From: an uncultured bacterium
Lineage (GTDB): Bacteria > Krumholzibacteriota > Krumholzibacteriia > LZORAL124-64-63
DNA length: 64,000 nucleotides
Direction of reading: 5' to 3'
NCBI GenBank assembly: GCA_963732385.1
Contig: CAVSZB010000007.1
Coordinates: 1,344,001-1,408,000, forward strand
The notes below the pieces were generated by a model, which saw only the letters and a list, made by a program, of their open reading frames with translations, had not been told where the DNA came from and made no database searches. Of the stretch, positions 31,754-41,160 are shown in pieces. The translations under genes and the position numbers were made by a program. How positions within the stretch are numbered: position 1 is the first letter of the stretch; each line of letters starts with the position of its first letter.

Positions 31754-32469
31754 TCGCCCAGCGGCAGACCCGCAGCCCCAGACCACTCTCCTGCGCCACC
31801 TCCACCAGCGCCGCGGCCAACGCCAGTTGCAGCCGCCGGCCCAGTCGGGGATCGCCCGGCAGGAGCGACCGGGGCAGACATGCGTGACCCGAGCCGTGCA
31901 GCAGCCGTTCGGCGGCCAGGGAGTCGTCCGGCGCCACCTGCCGGCAGCGCAGCCTCACCGTCCACCACTCGCCCCGCCGACTACAGATGCAATCTTCCAG
32001 CCGCAGGCCCGGCGCGAGCCGGCGGCGCAGCCGTATTTCGGCCGCCGCCAGGACCCGGCGCCCCCATTCTCCCCGTTCCACTCCACATTCCCTCCCGTGC
32101 GCGTGGAGATCGCGGCGTTCCGTGGCCAGGTGGGGCGGGAGACCGGCGGGGGGACGAGGGCGCCCTGTCCTCCCTGCCGGTCTCGCCGCGCGAAGTGACG
32201 AGTCCTCCCAGCCCCGTCCCTTCGCCCCCACATTCGCTTTGCAAACCGGGGACCAATCAGGGACAGGAGGCGCCCACCTGCTTATCTAATTATCCAGCAA
32301 CGAGTTATATATTTAACGAGTCTCCAGTATGGCCGCCGGGAGGTGTCATCCCCCGGAACCGACAACGACGCCTCGAAGCCGATTTCGCGGCAAAGCGAAG
32401 AACCCGAACCGTTTGCGGAGGTGTCAACCGGGGGTGGCAGGGTGCCCAGGGATGACAGGGGTCCGGGGG

Positions 32470-34044
32470 CTACGCGGAGAGGGCCGCAATCGCCTGGGAA
32501 TCCGTGGCGGCCGGTTCCCCGAGACGCAGACGCCCGTCGCGCAGCAGGCGGACGAAGGCTTTGACCACCTTGCCGTCGAACTGCGTGCCGGTCTTGCGCT
32601 CGAGGTTGTCGATCGCCTCATCGAGACCGATCGGATTGGAGTAGGTGCGGGTCGTGGTCATGGCGTCGAACGCGTCGGCCACGGCGACGATCTTGGCGAT
32701 TAACGGGATCTGGGCGCCGTGCAGACCGTCAGGATAGCCGGCGCCGTCCACCCGTTCGTGATGGTGGCGCACGGCCAGGCGCGCTTCGTGCAGGAAGTCG
32801 ATGTGCGCCAGGATCCGGTCCCCCATCGCGGGGTGCCGGCGGATCATGGCGAACTCCTCCTCGGTGAGATCGCCGTGCTTGTTGAGCACGTGCTCGAAGA
32901 TGCCAATCTTGCCGACGTCGTGCAGGGAGGCGCCGTACTCCACCTGCTGCAGGGCCGCCTCGTCGAGCCCCAGCTCGACCGCGATGGCGCCCGCGTACTT
33001 CGCCACCCGCGCCGTGTGACCGCGCGTGTAGCGGTCCTTGGCCTCGATGGCGGTCACCAGGGCCTCGATCGTGTTGACGTAGGTGCGCTGCAGCTTGCTG
33101 TACAGATTGGAGTTCTGCAGGGCGATGGCGAACGAATTGCCCATCGTTTCCAGCATCCGGATGTCGCCGGCGGAGTAGGGCTGCCCGGTGATCCGGGGGC
33201 CGAGGGCGACCGCTCCACCGATGCGGGTGCGATCGCGGATCGGGACCATCAGCGCGAATCCGAGCGCCGCCAGCTCCGCGGGCACGATCCCCTCCAGCGG
33301 CGAGGCGCCGGCCGACTCCAGCCAATCCCGCCAGCCGGCGCGTTCCGCCTCGGTGACGGCGAGGCAGACCTCGCGATCGATGCCCTTGACCGCGACCAGC
33401 GACATCGGAGCGCCGTTGCCATCGCCGGCGAAGAGCGCGGCGGACAGCGCGCCCACCTGTCCGACGATCGAGAGCAGCAGCACATTCGCCTGCTGACCGG
33501 CCTCGAGCGACGCGGCCATCTCCTGCGTCAGTTCGAGCAGGGTCTGCTGCTGACGCAGCTGCTGCTTCAGGTTGCGATTGACGCGGTCCAGTTCGCCCAG
33601 CCCGCGGTCCACGCGCCGACGGAGGTCGAGGTTGCGCCCACGCAGGTCGGCCGAGACGGCCCAGTCGCGCAGCGCATACGCCACGCGTCCGAGCAGCTCC
33701 TCCGGGCCGCAATCGCGGAAAAAGGCGTCGTGGACGCCGGCCGCGAAAACCGTCTCGCGGGTCGCCGGCTTGTCGTCGGGCAGCAGCATGAGCACGACCG
33801 TGTCGGCGATGGCGTCGGTTTCGAACAGATCGCGGCAGACGAGCAAGCCTCCGCCCGGCAGATCGAAGTCGATCAGCACGACCGGGGGCGCTTCGACACA
33901 GAAAAGGCTGATCGCTTCCGGTCCGGTGCCGGCGCGCAAACAGGTGTACCCCGCCTGGCGGAGCGTCGAACTGATCCTTTCGCACGCGCCGCCGGACGGT
34001 CCCGCCAGCAGGATACGGTGTCCCTCGCCGGGAACAACGTTCAT
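32470..34044 (-). CDS. Atypical REC - coiled coil - GAF - HD-GYP phosphodiesterase (catalytic motifs intact)
   Basis: KDRYTRGHTARV, LHDVGK, HP..G, HHERVDGAGYP, VADAFDAM..R.Y; REC lacks the N-terminal acidic pair. Confidence 0.9.
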   Translation of the reverse strand: MNVVPGEGHRILLAGPSGGACERISSTLRQAGYTCLRAGTGPEAISLFCVEAPPVVLIDFDLPGGGLLVCRDLFETDAIADTVVLMLLPDDKPATRETVFAAGVHDAFFRDCGPEELLGRVAYALRDWAVSADLRGRNLDLRRRVDRGLGELDRVNRNLKQQLRQQQTLLELTQEMAASLEAGQQANVLLLSIVGQVGALSAALFAGDGNGAPMSLVAVKGIDREVCLAVTEAERAGWRDWLESAGASPLEGIVPAELAALGFALMVPIRDRTRIGGAVALGPRITGQPYSAGDIRMLETMGNSFAIALQNSNLYSKLQRTYVNTIEALVTAIEAKDRYTRGHTARVAKYAGAIAVELGLDEAALQQVEYGASLHDVGKIGIFEHVLNKHGDLTEEEFAMIRRHPAMGDRILAHIDFLHEARLAVRHHHERVDGAGYPDGLHGAQIPLIAKIVAVADAFDAMTTTRTYSNPIGLDEAIDNLERKTGTQFDGKVVKAFVRLLRDGRLRLGEPAATDSQAIAALSA

Positions 34045-36416
34045 ACCGCCGCCTCCACGGGCCGTTCTGCTTCCGCGGATGACGGAGCGCGGCGCGTGAG
34101 CGACTCCTCGCGTGCCAGCACACGCAGGAACGCCTCGACGATATCCGGGTCGTAGCGCATGCCCCAGTTCTCGTTCAGGATGCTGATGGCCTCGGCATCG
34201 GACAGCGCAGTGCGGTAGGAAAGTTCCGACACCATCGCCACATAACTCTCGACCACGGACACGATGCGCGCGCTCAGCGGGATGGCGCGTCCCTGCAGGC
34301 CCCGCGGGTACCCTTCGCCGTTGAAACGTTCATGGTGGCAGAGCACGACCTCGTGGATCGTCGGAGGCAGTTGCAACGGCCCGAGCAGTTCCACGCCGGT
34401 TTCGGGGTGTCCCTTGATCTGTTTCCACTCGTTCTCGGTCAGCTTGCGGGGTGAGCGCAACACCAGGTCGCTGATCGGGATCATGCCGATATCGCGCAGC
34501 ACGGTGCCGTAGACGAGATCGCGCATCTTCTCGGACGGGAAGCTCATCTCTCGCGCCACCTCGGCCACCAGGCCCGACACCCGCTCGGTCACCGAACTGC
34601 CGGCCTGATGGCGCTGTTCGATAAGCGAGACGAGGGTACGGATCACGCCGATGTTCTGCTCATGCGTGTTCTGGAGCATGCGCGCGTTGTCCATCGCGAT
34701 GGCGGCCTGGTTGAGCAGCGTCGAAAGGAAATCGAGATCGAGATCGGGTCGGCTGCCCCGCACGCTGCCGCCGAGCAGAAGCACGCCGAGCAGCTGGCCC
34801 CGCGTGCGCAGAGGCGCCACGAAAGTGAAACCGGCCTGCTCCAGCGGGTCCCGGAAGCGGTGCAACAGCGGCGGCAGTTCCTCGACCGGAACCGGCAGCG
34901 GCTGCTCGGCGAACCACCGCTGCATCTGCACCCCGAAAGGGGTCAGCGGAGGCACCTGTTCGATCTCGATGCCGCGGCAGATGCGCGGCGTGAGCAGGTC
35001 TCCCTCCAGTTCCAGCACCGCCACGGCGCGCACGCCGAGCTGTGCCGTCACCGTCACGCAGAGCAGGTCCATCAGACGCGCGCCGTCACGCACCCGCGCG
35101 AAATCCTCGGAGAGCGAGAACAGTGCCTGCATCTGCTTGACCTTGCGGCGCAGTTCGGCAGACAGGTTCCGGCCGGTGGAGTCAGTGGCGTCGGTGGCGT
35201 CGGTGGCATCCGTCACGTCGCACGGCAGCGCCCCCGGAACCGGTGCGGCGGACGCGCCGTCGGCGACCGCCGGCGAGGGCGGCGCCGCGAGCCAGCGGGC
35301 CAGCAGCGAGAGGGCGAAGGTATCACTCACCCCGTACTCGCGCCCTTCGCCGCCCCGCCTCACCACGGCCGCGGCGACGAGCACACCGTCACGCAAGACC
35401 GGCAGCACCATGTCGGCGCGCAGTTCCGCCAGCAGGTGGACCTCGCCCTCGGCGAGCTCGAGATCGCCCGCGTCCAGCAGCGAGAGCGGGCGCCCGGACG
35501 CCGCCAGCGCGGAAGCCAGCCGTCCGGACGCCGGGAACGCGGCGCCGCTGTCAGGATCGACCAGCGCCTCGCCCTGCCGGACGCAGAAAGTGACCTCTCC
35601 CGCAAGATCGAAGCTGTGCAGCAGATCGCGTAGCGGACCCGCCATGGCCGCGGCGTCGGGCGCCTCGCGCAGCGCCTGCAGCGCGCTGTCGAGCGGAACG
35701 AACTTGGGGCGGGCGACCCCGCCGGCGCCGGCGATATCCGGACCGACGGAGGGGACGGCCGCCCGCCCCAGATTCTGATCGTGGCCGGGAACGGCTTCGC
35801 CATCGTGGGTCTCGGCGGCAGAATCGTCGCTGGTTCCTGTCGACGCGCCGGCGTGCGCCACGAAAGAATCGAGCAGCATGTCGAGCGTGCTGTCGGAACG
35901 CGGCGAAGCCCGGTCGGCCGGCGACACGCCGGGGTCGCCCCCGACGGGCTCAGTTGCCTGGTCGGGAGACGGCGCCGCTGACGCGGACCCGACCGGCGCG
36001 GCCTCCGGGGCGGCGGACGAAGTCGTCATTCCCGGCGCGCTCGGCGCCGCCGCCACTTCGTCGCGGACCGCCGCCAGCGCGGTTTCGGCGTCATCGATGG
36101 TAGGAAAGTTGCGGAAGGGGATCTCGCCGAACTGCAGCGTCAGGAAGCGCCGCACGACGTCGTTCACGCCGACGAACACCGCCTCGCCGCCACGCGCGGT
36201 CAGCTCGCGCTGGAAGCCGGCGAAAAGGGCCGCGGCGCCGCCGCCGACCGCGCCGAGCTCCGTCAGATCGAGAATGAGATACAGCTTGTCGTTGGCGAGA
36301 CACTTGTCAGCAAACTCGCGCAGCCGCTCTTTCTCGGCGCGTCCGACCGATCCGCTCAGGCTCACCCCGAACAGGCCGGGCTGCGCCAGTTTCAGCGACT
36401 CGAAGTTGATCGCCAC
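34041..36416 (-). CDS. STAS - linker - GAF - GAF - degenerate HD-GYP protein
   Basis: STAS-like LILDLTEL..V...; GAF ends (LLNQAAIAMDNARM); HHERFNGEGYP present but LRDIGM replaces LHDIGK; GTG start approximate. Confidence 0.82.
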   Translation of the reverse strand: MAINFESLKLAQPGLFGVSLSGSVGRAEKERLREFADKCLANDKLYLILDLTELGAVGGGAAALFAGFQRELTARGGEAVFVGVNDVVRRFLTLQFGEIPFRNFPTIDDAETALAAVRDEVAAAPSAPGMTTSSAAPEAAPVGSASAAPSPDQATEPVGGDPGVSPADRASPRSDSTLDMLLDSFVAHAGASTGTSDDSAAETHDGEAVPGHDQNLGRAAVPSVGPDIAGAGGVARPKFVPLDSALQALREAPDAAAMAGPLRDLLHSFDLAGEVTFCVRQGEALVDPDSGAAFPASGRLASALAASGRPLSLLDAGDLELAEGEVHLLAELRADMVLPVLRDGVLVAAAVVRRGGEGREYGVSDTFALSLLARWLAAPPSPAVADGASAAPVPGALPCDVTDATDATDATDSTGRNLSAELRRKVKQMQALFSLSEDFARVRDGARLMDLLCVTVTAQLGVRAVAVLELEGDLLTPRICRGIEIEQVPPLTPFGVQMQRWFAEQPLPVPVEELPPLLHRFRDPLEQAGFTFVAPLRTRGQLLGVLLLGGSVRGSRPDLDLDFLSTLLNQAAIAMDNARMLQNTHEQNIGVIRTLVSLIEQRHQAGSSVTERVSGLVAEVAREMSFPSEKMRDLVYGTVLRDIGMIPISDLVLRSPRKLTENEWKQIKGHPETGVELLGPLQLPPTIHEVVLCHHERFNGEGYPRGLQGRAIPLSARIVSVVESYVAMVSELSYRTALSDAEAISILNENWGMRYDPDIVEAFLRVLAREESLTRRAPSSAEAERPVEAAV

Positions 36417-36527
36417 GACACCCGCCCCCCTGGCGCCGCCGTGTCCGCCGGAAACAGTTTCCGAGGGACGCCCTGCCGACCGTCGCAACCAGGCCCCGCC
36501 AGGCCACGACGGTCGGCGCCATCCATG

Positions 36528-36752
36528 CTAAACGAGTTCCTCGGTGAGCCAGCGATCCAGCACACTGCGCAGGAACCGCCATTCGCTGCCGACCTTCTTC
36601 GCGGGGATCTTGCCTTCCTTGGCAAGCCGGCACACCGTCTTGACATGCATCTTCAGATAATCAGCCGCATCCACAGAGGTCATGACCTTGTTGGCGGCAG
36701 AGTCCTCCCCGCCGAGGTGGTTGATCGCGTAGTCCTTGAAACGGTCGTCCAT
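36528..36752 (-). CDS. Small HTH_17 (excisionase/BldC-like) DNA-binding protein, 74 aa
   Basis: VMTSVDAADYLKMHVKTVCRLAKEGKIPAKKVGSEWRF; SD-like GAGGAG/GGAG upstream. Confidence 0.9.
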   Translation of the reverse strand: MDDRFKDYAINHLGGEDSAANKVMTSVDAADYLKMHVKTVCRLAKEGKIPAKKVGSEWRFLRSVLDRWLTEELV

Positions 36753-36809
36753 GGCTCCGGCTCCTCTCGACCCCCGAGATGCACAAACGATGGGTGTGGC
36801 GGACTGAAC

Positions 36810-36825
36810 AGCAACTCCCATGCCC
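36810..36825 (-). promoter_or_regulatory. Putative sigma54 (-24/-12) promoter
   Basis: Minus strand GGGCATGGGAGTTGCT vs consensus TGGCACGNNNNTTGCW, exact GG-N10-GC spacing, 57 bp upstream of the HTH ATG. Confidence 0.6.
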
Positions 36826-36975
36826 GGGATAGACAACGGCCGGATCGGGCTCTCAGGGCCGCGGCGAGGGCTTTGGCTGGTGTTTAACGGTACGGAGAGA
36901 CAGCGCGCGACACGCTGCGGACGCGCGCGGCATTGCAAACCGCCACTCGAGCCGGGAAGGTTTCGCACCCGGAGA

Positions 36976-39069
36976 TCAGACAAGCTGGGACCGCAGTTCA
37001 TCCACGAGATAGGGGGGGGTCCAGACGCCGGCGGCCCCCAGACGCCGCGCGAGCCGGCGGGCCGGTTCGCCGCTGTTGCCGGTCGCCAGGATGACCGGCC
37101 CCGGCGCCGTTTCCCCGTGTTGCGCCAACAGGGCGAGGAGTCCGTCCAGACAGCGGTCCGGCTCGGCGTTGTCGCAGATGATCGCATCGATGCTTCGGGT
37201 CCGCAGGCACTCGCGCGCCTCCCCCGGTGCGGCACAGACAGTGACGGCGTAGCCGGACTTGACCAGCTTCTCCTCCAGGTCATCAGCGCGGAACCGGCTG
37301 GCCACCAGCAGGAGGATGCTCGCCTCGGGCGACCCGACCGGCACGCCCGTGGCGGCGGGGCTCGGCAAAGCGGGGGCGACGGGGGACCATTCGACCGTCA
37401 GATCCCCGCCGGCCCCGTCGACCGGCTCGACATGACTCAGCCGCAGCGACAGGACCTTCTCGATGTCCAGCAGCGGCAGCACGACCCCGTTCGCCGTTTC
37501 CACGCCGCTCCTGGCGACCGCCTCCCAGCCCACCGGTGTCTCCACGTAGCGGACTACGGCAACGCGCCGCGCCGTGCCCGTGGTGAGCAGCGCCACCCGC
37601 TTCTCGACCAGTCCGACGAGAGCCAGGTGGCCGCCCCCGTCGGCCGTGGAGGTCGGCATCAGCATGTCCACCCAGGACGCCAGGTCAATGGCGAGCAGGC
37701 TCTGGTTCTCGCGGACCAGCGTATCACCGTCAGGCGAGCTGCGACGTTGCCACCCCTGCGCCGACACGACCGCCTCCACGAGGTGCAGCGGCGCCGCCAC
37801 CTCCGCGTCCACCAGAGACAGGACGCACACTTCGGGAGCGCCGGCGAGGTGTAACGGCAGCACGACCTGCAGACAGCCCTCGCCATGCGATCCGAAATGC
37901 GCGTGCACGAGCGCACCGTCCTGCCGCAGCCGCCGCAGCGCGACGCGCAGGCTGGGGGACTCGATCAGGAAGTCCTCCTCGAGCAGGTGGCCAAGCGCCC
38001 GCGCCGCCTCGGCCGGCAGACGACCCGGAGGGCGGCGGAACTCGGCTGTCACCCGCTCGGCTCCCAGGTCCACCAGCAGCAGCCAGCGCGGAGCTCCGGG
38101 GCCGATCGCCTGGCAGAGGTCGGTCGCCATCAGCCCGAGCAGCCGCCCATAGCGGCTCTGCTCCTCCTCCGGGAACAGATCATCCACCCCGGGCGACCCG
38201 GGCGGCGCTCCCTCGACCGTCAGCCCCGGCACGCGCCAGCGCAGCGTCCACGGTTCGCGGCCCTCGCCACAGGCCCCCGGGTCCTCTTTCACGGCCGTCA
38301 GCCCCTCGCGCCACCCCGCTTTGAGCGCCTCCTGGAACAGCGTCCCGCCCGGCAACAGCGGCAGCGCCTCGTGGGGATCCTTGGTCTCCGCCTCGGCCGA
38401 CGCTGCGTCGCGTTCGTAGTCCTCCGTCTCGAACAACGCATCGCCGAGCGAACGTACCTCGCGCCAACGCTGTTGGCGCCGGGTGCGCTCCTCGTCGTTC
38501 CGTGACCCGTCGGTCGGCCGGGGATGAGGCACCTTGGTGACGAGCCGCTCGATGATCGCGAGCATCGATTCCCACGACACGACAGCCTGCGGGTCGTCGA
38601 GTCCCTCGAGACGCAGCTGGGCCGGCTCCGGTTCCGGACGCGGCGGCGCGCCGGACGCCGCCCGCGCACGCGCGGTGGCGTGCTCGCGCGCCGCGGCGGC
38701 GAAGCCCTGGCGCAGGCGCGCCACGCGCTCCGGAGCGACCAGTTCTTCCGGCGTGCGCCCGGCATCCAGGCCCTCGATGAGCACTTCCTCGAAGGCCACG
38801 ATCTCGCGCAACACCGGCTCGTAGGCGGCCAGGGCGCCGTGCGGGTTTTCGGCGATCCAGTTGAGGAGTTCGAGCAGGATGCGCAGCCAGTCGTGCAGCA
38901 CCGTCACGCCGAGCAGTTCGCTGCTGCCGGCGAGCAACCGCGTCGCGATGACCGCCCGGGGCAGCGAGGCGGGGGCCGGACCGTTCCAGCGGCCCTGCAC
39001 CGAAACCTCGCGCAGCCCGGCCAACTGCTCACGCAACTGCAGCGTAAAGAGCTGAATGAGATCATTCAT
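36976..39069 (-). CDS. Degenerate CheA-like protein: Hpt-like - divergent middle - CheW-like - atypical REC
   Basis: Hpt-like helix ATRLLAGSSELLG without the His; CheW-like APLHLVEAVV...LLAIDL...RVALL...GVVLPLLD; REC DAIICD...VILATG...GAAGVWTPP. Confidence 0.65.
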   Translation of the reverse strand: MNDLIQLFTLQLREQLAGLREVSVQGRWNGPAPASLPRAVIATRLLAGSSELLGVTVLHDWLRILLELLNWIAENPHGALAAYEPVLREIVAFEEVLIEGLDAGRTPEELVAPERVARLRQGFAAAAREHATARARAASGAPPRPEPEPAQLRLEGLDDPQAVVSWESMLAIIERLVTKVPHPRPTDGSRNDEERTRRQQRWREVRSLGDALFETEDYERDAASAEAETKDPHEALPLLPGGTLFQEALKAGWREGLTAVKEDPGACGEGREPWTLRWRVPGLTVEGAPPGSPGVDDLFPEEEQSRYGRLLGLMATDLCQAIGPGAPRWLLLVDLGAERVTAEFRRPPGRLPAEAARALGHLLEEDFLIESPSLRVALRRLRQDGALVHAHFGSHGEGCLQVVLPLHLAGAPEVCVLSLVDAEVAAPLHLVEAVVSAQGWQRRSSPDGDTLVRENQSLLAIDLASWVDMLMPTSTADGGGHLALVGLVEKRVALLTTGTARRVAVVRYVETPVGWEAVARSGVETANGVVLPLLDIEKVLSLRLSHVEPVDGAGGDLTVEWSPVAPALPSPAATGVPVGSPEASILLLVASRFRADDLEEKLVKSGYAVTVCAAPGEARECLRTRSIDAIICDNAEPDRCLDGLLALLAQHGETAPGPVILATGNSGEPARRLARRLGAAGVWTPPYLVDELRSQLV

Positions 39070-39120
39070 GGGTGATGGCGGGCCGCACGTCCGCCCGGAC
39101 GGACGCGCGGCCCGCGGCCG

Positions 39121-40986
39121 TTACCCGAGGGCGACGGCGCCAAGTTCGTTAAGGTCGTAAATGTGATCGTCCTCCTCCTTCGCCAGCGATGTCGCAGGCG
39201 CCGGTGCCGGTTCCGGCGTCGGAGCATCGAGCGCGACCGCGCCGAATTCCACCAGATCGTAGATCCGGTCCTCCTCCGTGGGCACGGCCGGAGCCTCCGG
39301 CTCAGGCGTCTCGCCAGCTTCGATCCGCGGTTCCTCCGGCGCGAAGATCGAGCCGCTGAGCGGCCGAACCGACGCGGCGGCCGCCGTTGCCGGCGCCTCG
39401 TCGGAAGCGAAGAGGCGGAAGGCCGCGGGCGGTGGTGACGCATCCGGCTCCGGCGACGCCGACGCCGACGCCGACGCCGGGGCCGGCTCCGCAGCCACAG
39501 TCTCCTCCGGGCCGAGAGCCGGGTCGCCGAACGAATCGATCTCGAAACCACCGGAGCCGGCGGCGGGCTCCGGATCGGCGCTCATCTCGCACGGAACGCC
39601 GGTCAGTTCGGACAGAGCCCCCGCGAGCGCCTCGAGACGCGTGCCCTGCTCCGCGAAGGTCTGCACGAGGGCATCGGCATCGGCGCCGACCCGCACCAGT
39701 GCGGTCCTGAGATCTCCGGCCCGCGCGGCGCCACGGCGCCACGCCTCCGGTTCCGGGATGTCGCGCCCGGAGGCCGCGGCAATCTCGTCCATCTGAGCCT
39801 GCGCCCGGGCCAGCGCCGACCCCGTCGTCTCCTGATCGCGCGCCGCATTCTCGAGACGGGTCGCGATGCCCTGGAACTCGGTGACCAGGCTCTTGAGGCT
39901 CTCGGTGAGCGGGAAGAGGGTCTCGCCCCGCTCGCCCAGCCGCGTCACCTCGAGGGCGGTCTGGATCGCCAGACTGCCACCGCGGGCGACCAGGTCCTTG
40001 ATGGCGTGCGCGGTCTGGATCAACTGTCCCGCCTGGGCGCCGGCGGCCGCCGCCGGCAGCGCGTCGCGGACATCGACCAGCGACGGCACCCCGCACCGCT
40101 CGATCTCTTCCAGCGCACGCAGCTTCTCCGCGAAGGCGCCGGCCAGCCGCTGGGTATCGCTCCCGACGCGCTGCACCGCGGCCTGCAGGGCGCCCAATCG
40201 CCCGCCGGCACGGGCCTGCCAGCTGCGCGCCTCGGCAGCGGCGGTCGTGACCTGGCCGCCAGCCTCATGCAACCGCGACTCCAGATCCGCCTGCGCCATG
40301 CGCAGCCGGTCGATCTCCTCGTGCAACAGCGCCGCGCCCGAAGCCGCGCGTCCCACCAGAGGCATCTCGTACACCTCTATCACGGCGGATCGCTCACCAT
40401 CGAGCAGTCCCTTGCCGAGCCGGGTCAGTTCCCCTTCCAGGACCGCGGCCCGGACCAACGCCAACCGCTGCATGCGTTCGCGGGCCCGCACCGCGTCGAG
40501 GAACCGCGACAGATCCCCTTCGGCCCGCAGCGAGGGATCCTGCCACCCGCTTTCACTGTCCAGGTCGAGGGCACCCAGCCGGGCCAGCAGCGCGCGGTGG
40601 CGCTGGTGCTCTTTCTGGTAGCGGGCTGCCAGGGTGCTGATGGCCCAGCCGGCGAACGACGCCAGCGCCAGCGCACAGCCCATGGCGAGACCAAGTCCGG
40701 TCAGGCCGCGCACATCGAGTGGCGTCTTGAAACCGCCGCGCGCCGCCACGAAAGCGGCTGCTGCCGCGAGCACGACGAGCAGGGCGCTCAGCGCGCCCGG
40801 CAACCACGGCGGCTGCAACCCGTCGAACAGCCCCTGGCGGGGAGGCGCCGGCGGTGCGACCGCACGTTCCGAGGTCGTGTCCCACGCTTCCCAGCCCGTG
40901 ACGACCGGCGAGTCCCCGGCAGCTGGCGAGGCCTTACTTACTTCGGCGTCGGCGTCCACGCCGAAATCGTCCTCTCGCTCGCTCAT
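39121..40986 (-). CDS. Divergent methyl-accepting-chemotaxis-like membrane protein
   Basis: 2 TMs, long coiled coil, hairpin-tip-like SLAIQTALEVTRLGERGETLFPLTESLKSL; SD GAAAGGA. Confidence 0.65.
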   Translation of the reverse strand: MSEREDDFGVDADAEVSKASPAAGDSPVVTGWEAWDTTSERAVAPPAPPRQGLFDGLQPPWLPGALSALLVVLAAAAAFVAARGGFKTPLDVRGLTGLGLAMGCALALASFAGWAISTLAARYQKEHQRHRALLARLGALDLDSESGWQDPSLRAEGDLSRFLDAVRARERMQRLALVRAAVLEGELTRLGKGLLDGERSAVIEVYEMPLVGRAASGAALLHEEIDRLRMAQADLESRLHEAGGQVTTAAAEARSWQARAGGRLGALQAAVQRVGSDTQRLAGAFAEKLRALEEIERCGVPSLVDVRDALPAAAAGAQAGQLIQTAHAIKDLVARGGSLAIQTALEVTRLGERGETLFPLTESLKSLVTEFQGIATRLENAARDQETTGSALARAQAQMDEIAAASGRDIPEPEAWRRGAARAGDLRTALVRVGADADALVQTFAEQGTRLEALAGALSELTGVPCEMSADPEPAAGSGGFEIDSFGDPALGPEETVAAEPAPASASASASPEPDASPPPAAFRLFASDEAPATAAAASVRPLSGSIFAPEEPRIEAGETPEPEAPAVPTEEDRIYDLVEFGAVALDAPTPEPAPAPATSLAKEEDDHIYDLNELGAVALG

Positions 40987-41160
40987 TCCGGCTTCCTTTC
41001 GTTGCTCACAGCCAGGACCGCAACGCGCGGCCACGCCAGCCGGACACACGATCCTGGCGCGACCGGGGCATCCCGGCTCTCCCTGCATTTCGACCGGGAA
41101 GCGGGGGACCGTAGCGGATTCTGTCGCGAAAAGAAGACGGGCCAGAGACGGCGGCCGGAC

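Noticed and set aside
36528..36752. Prophage or ICE excisionase
   Set aside because: No integrase, att site or phage genes nearby; context is signalling genes.
23180..39480. Short tandem repeats (GK/EK run about 23185-23225, DAT x3 about 35180-35215, AS x4 about 39455-39478)
   Set aside because: In-frame low-complexity linkers; not CRISPR or mobile repeats. No CRISPR array was seen in the window.
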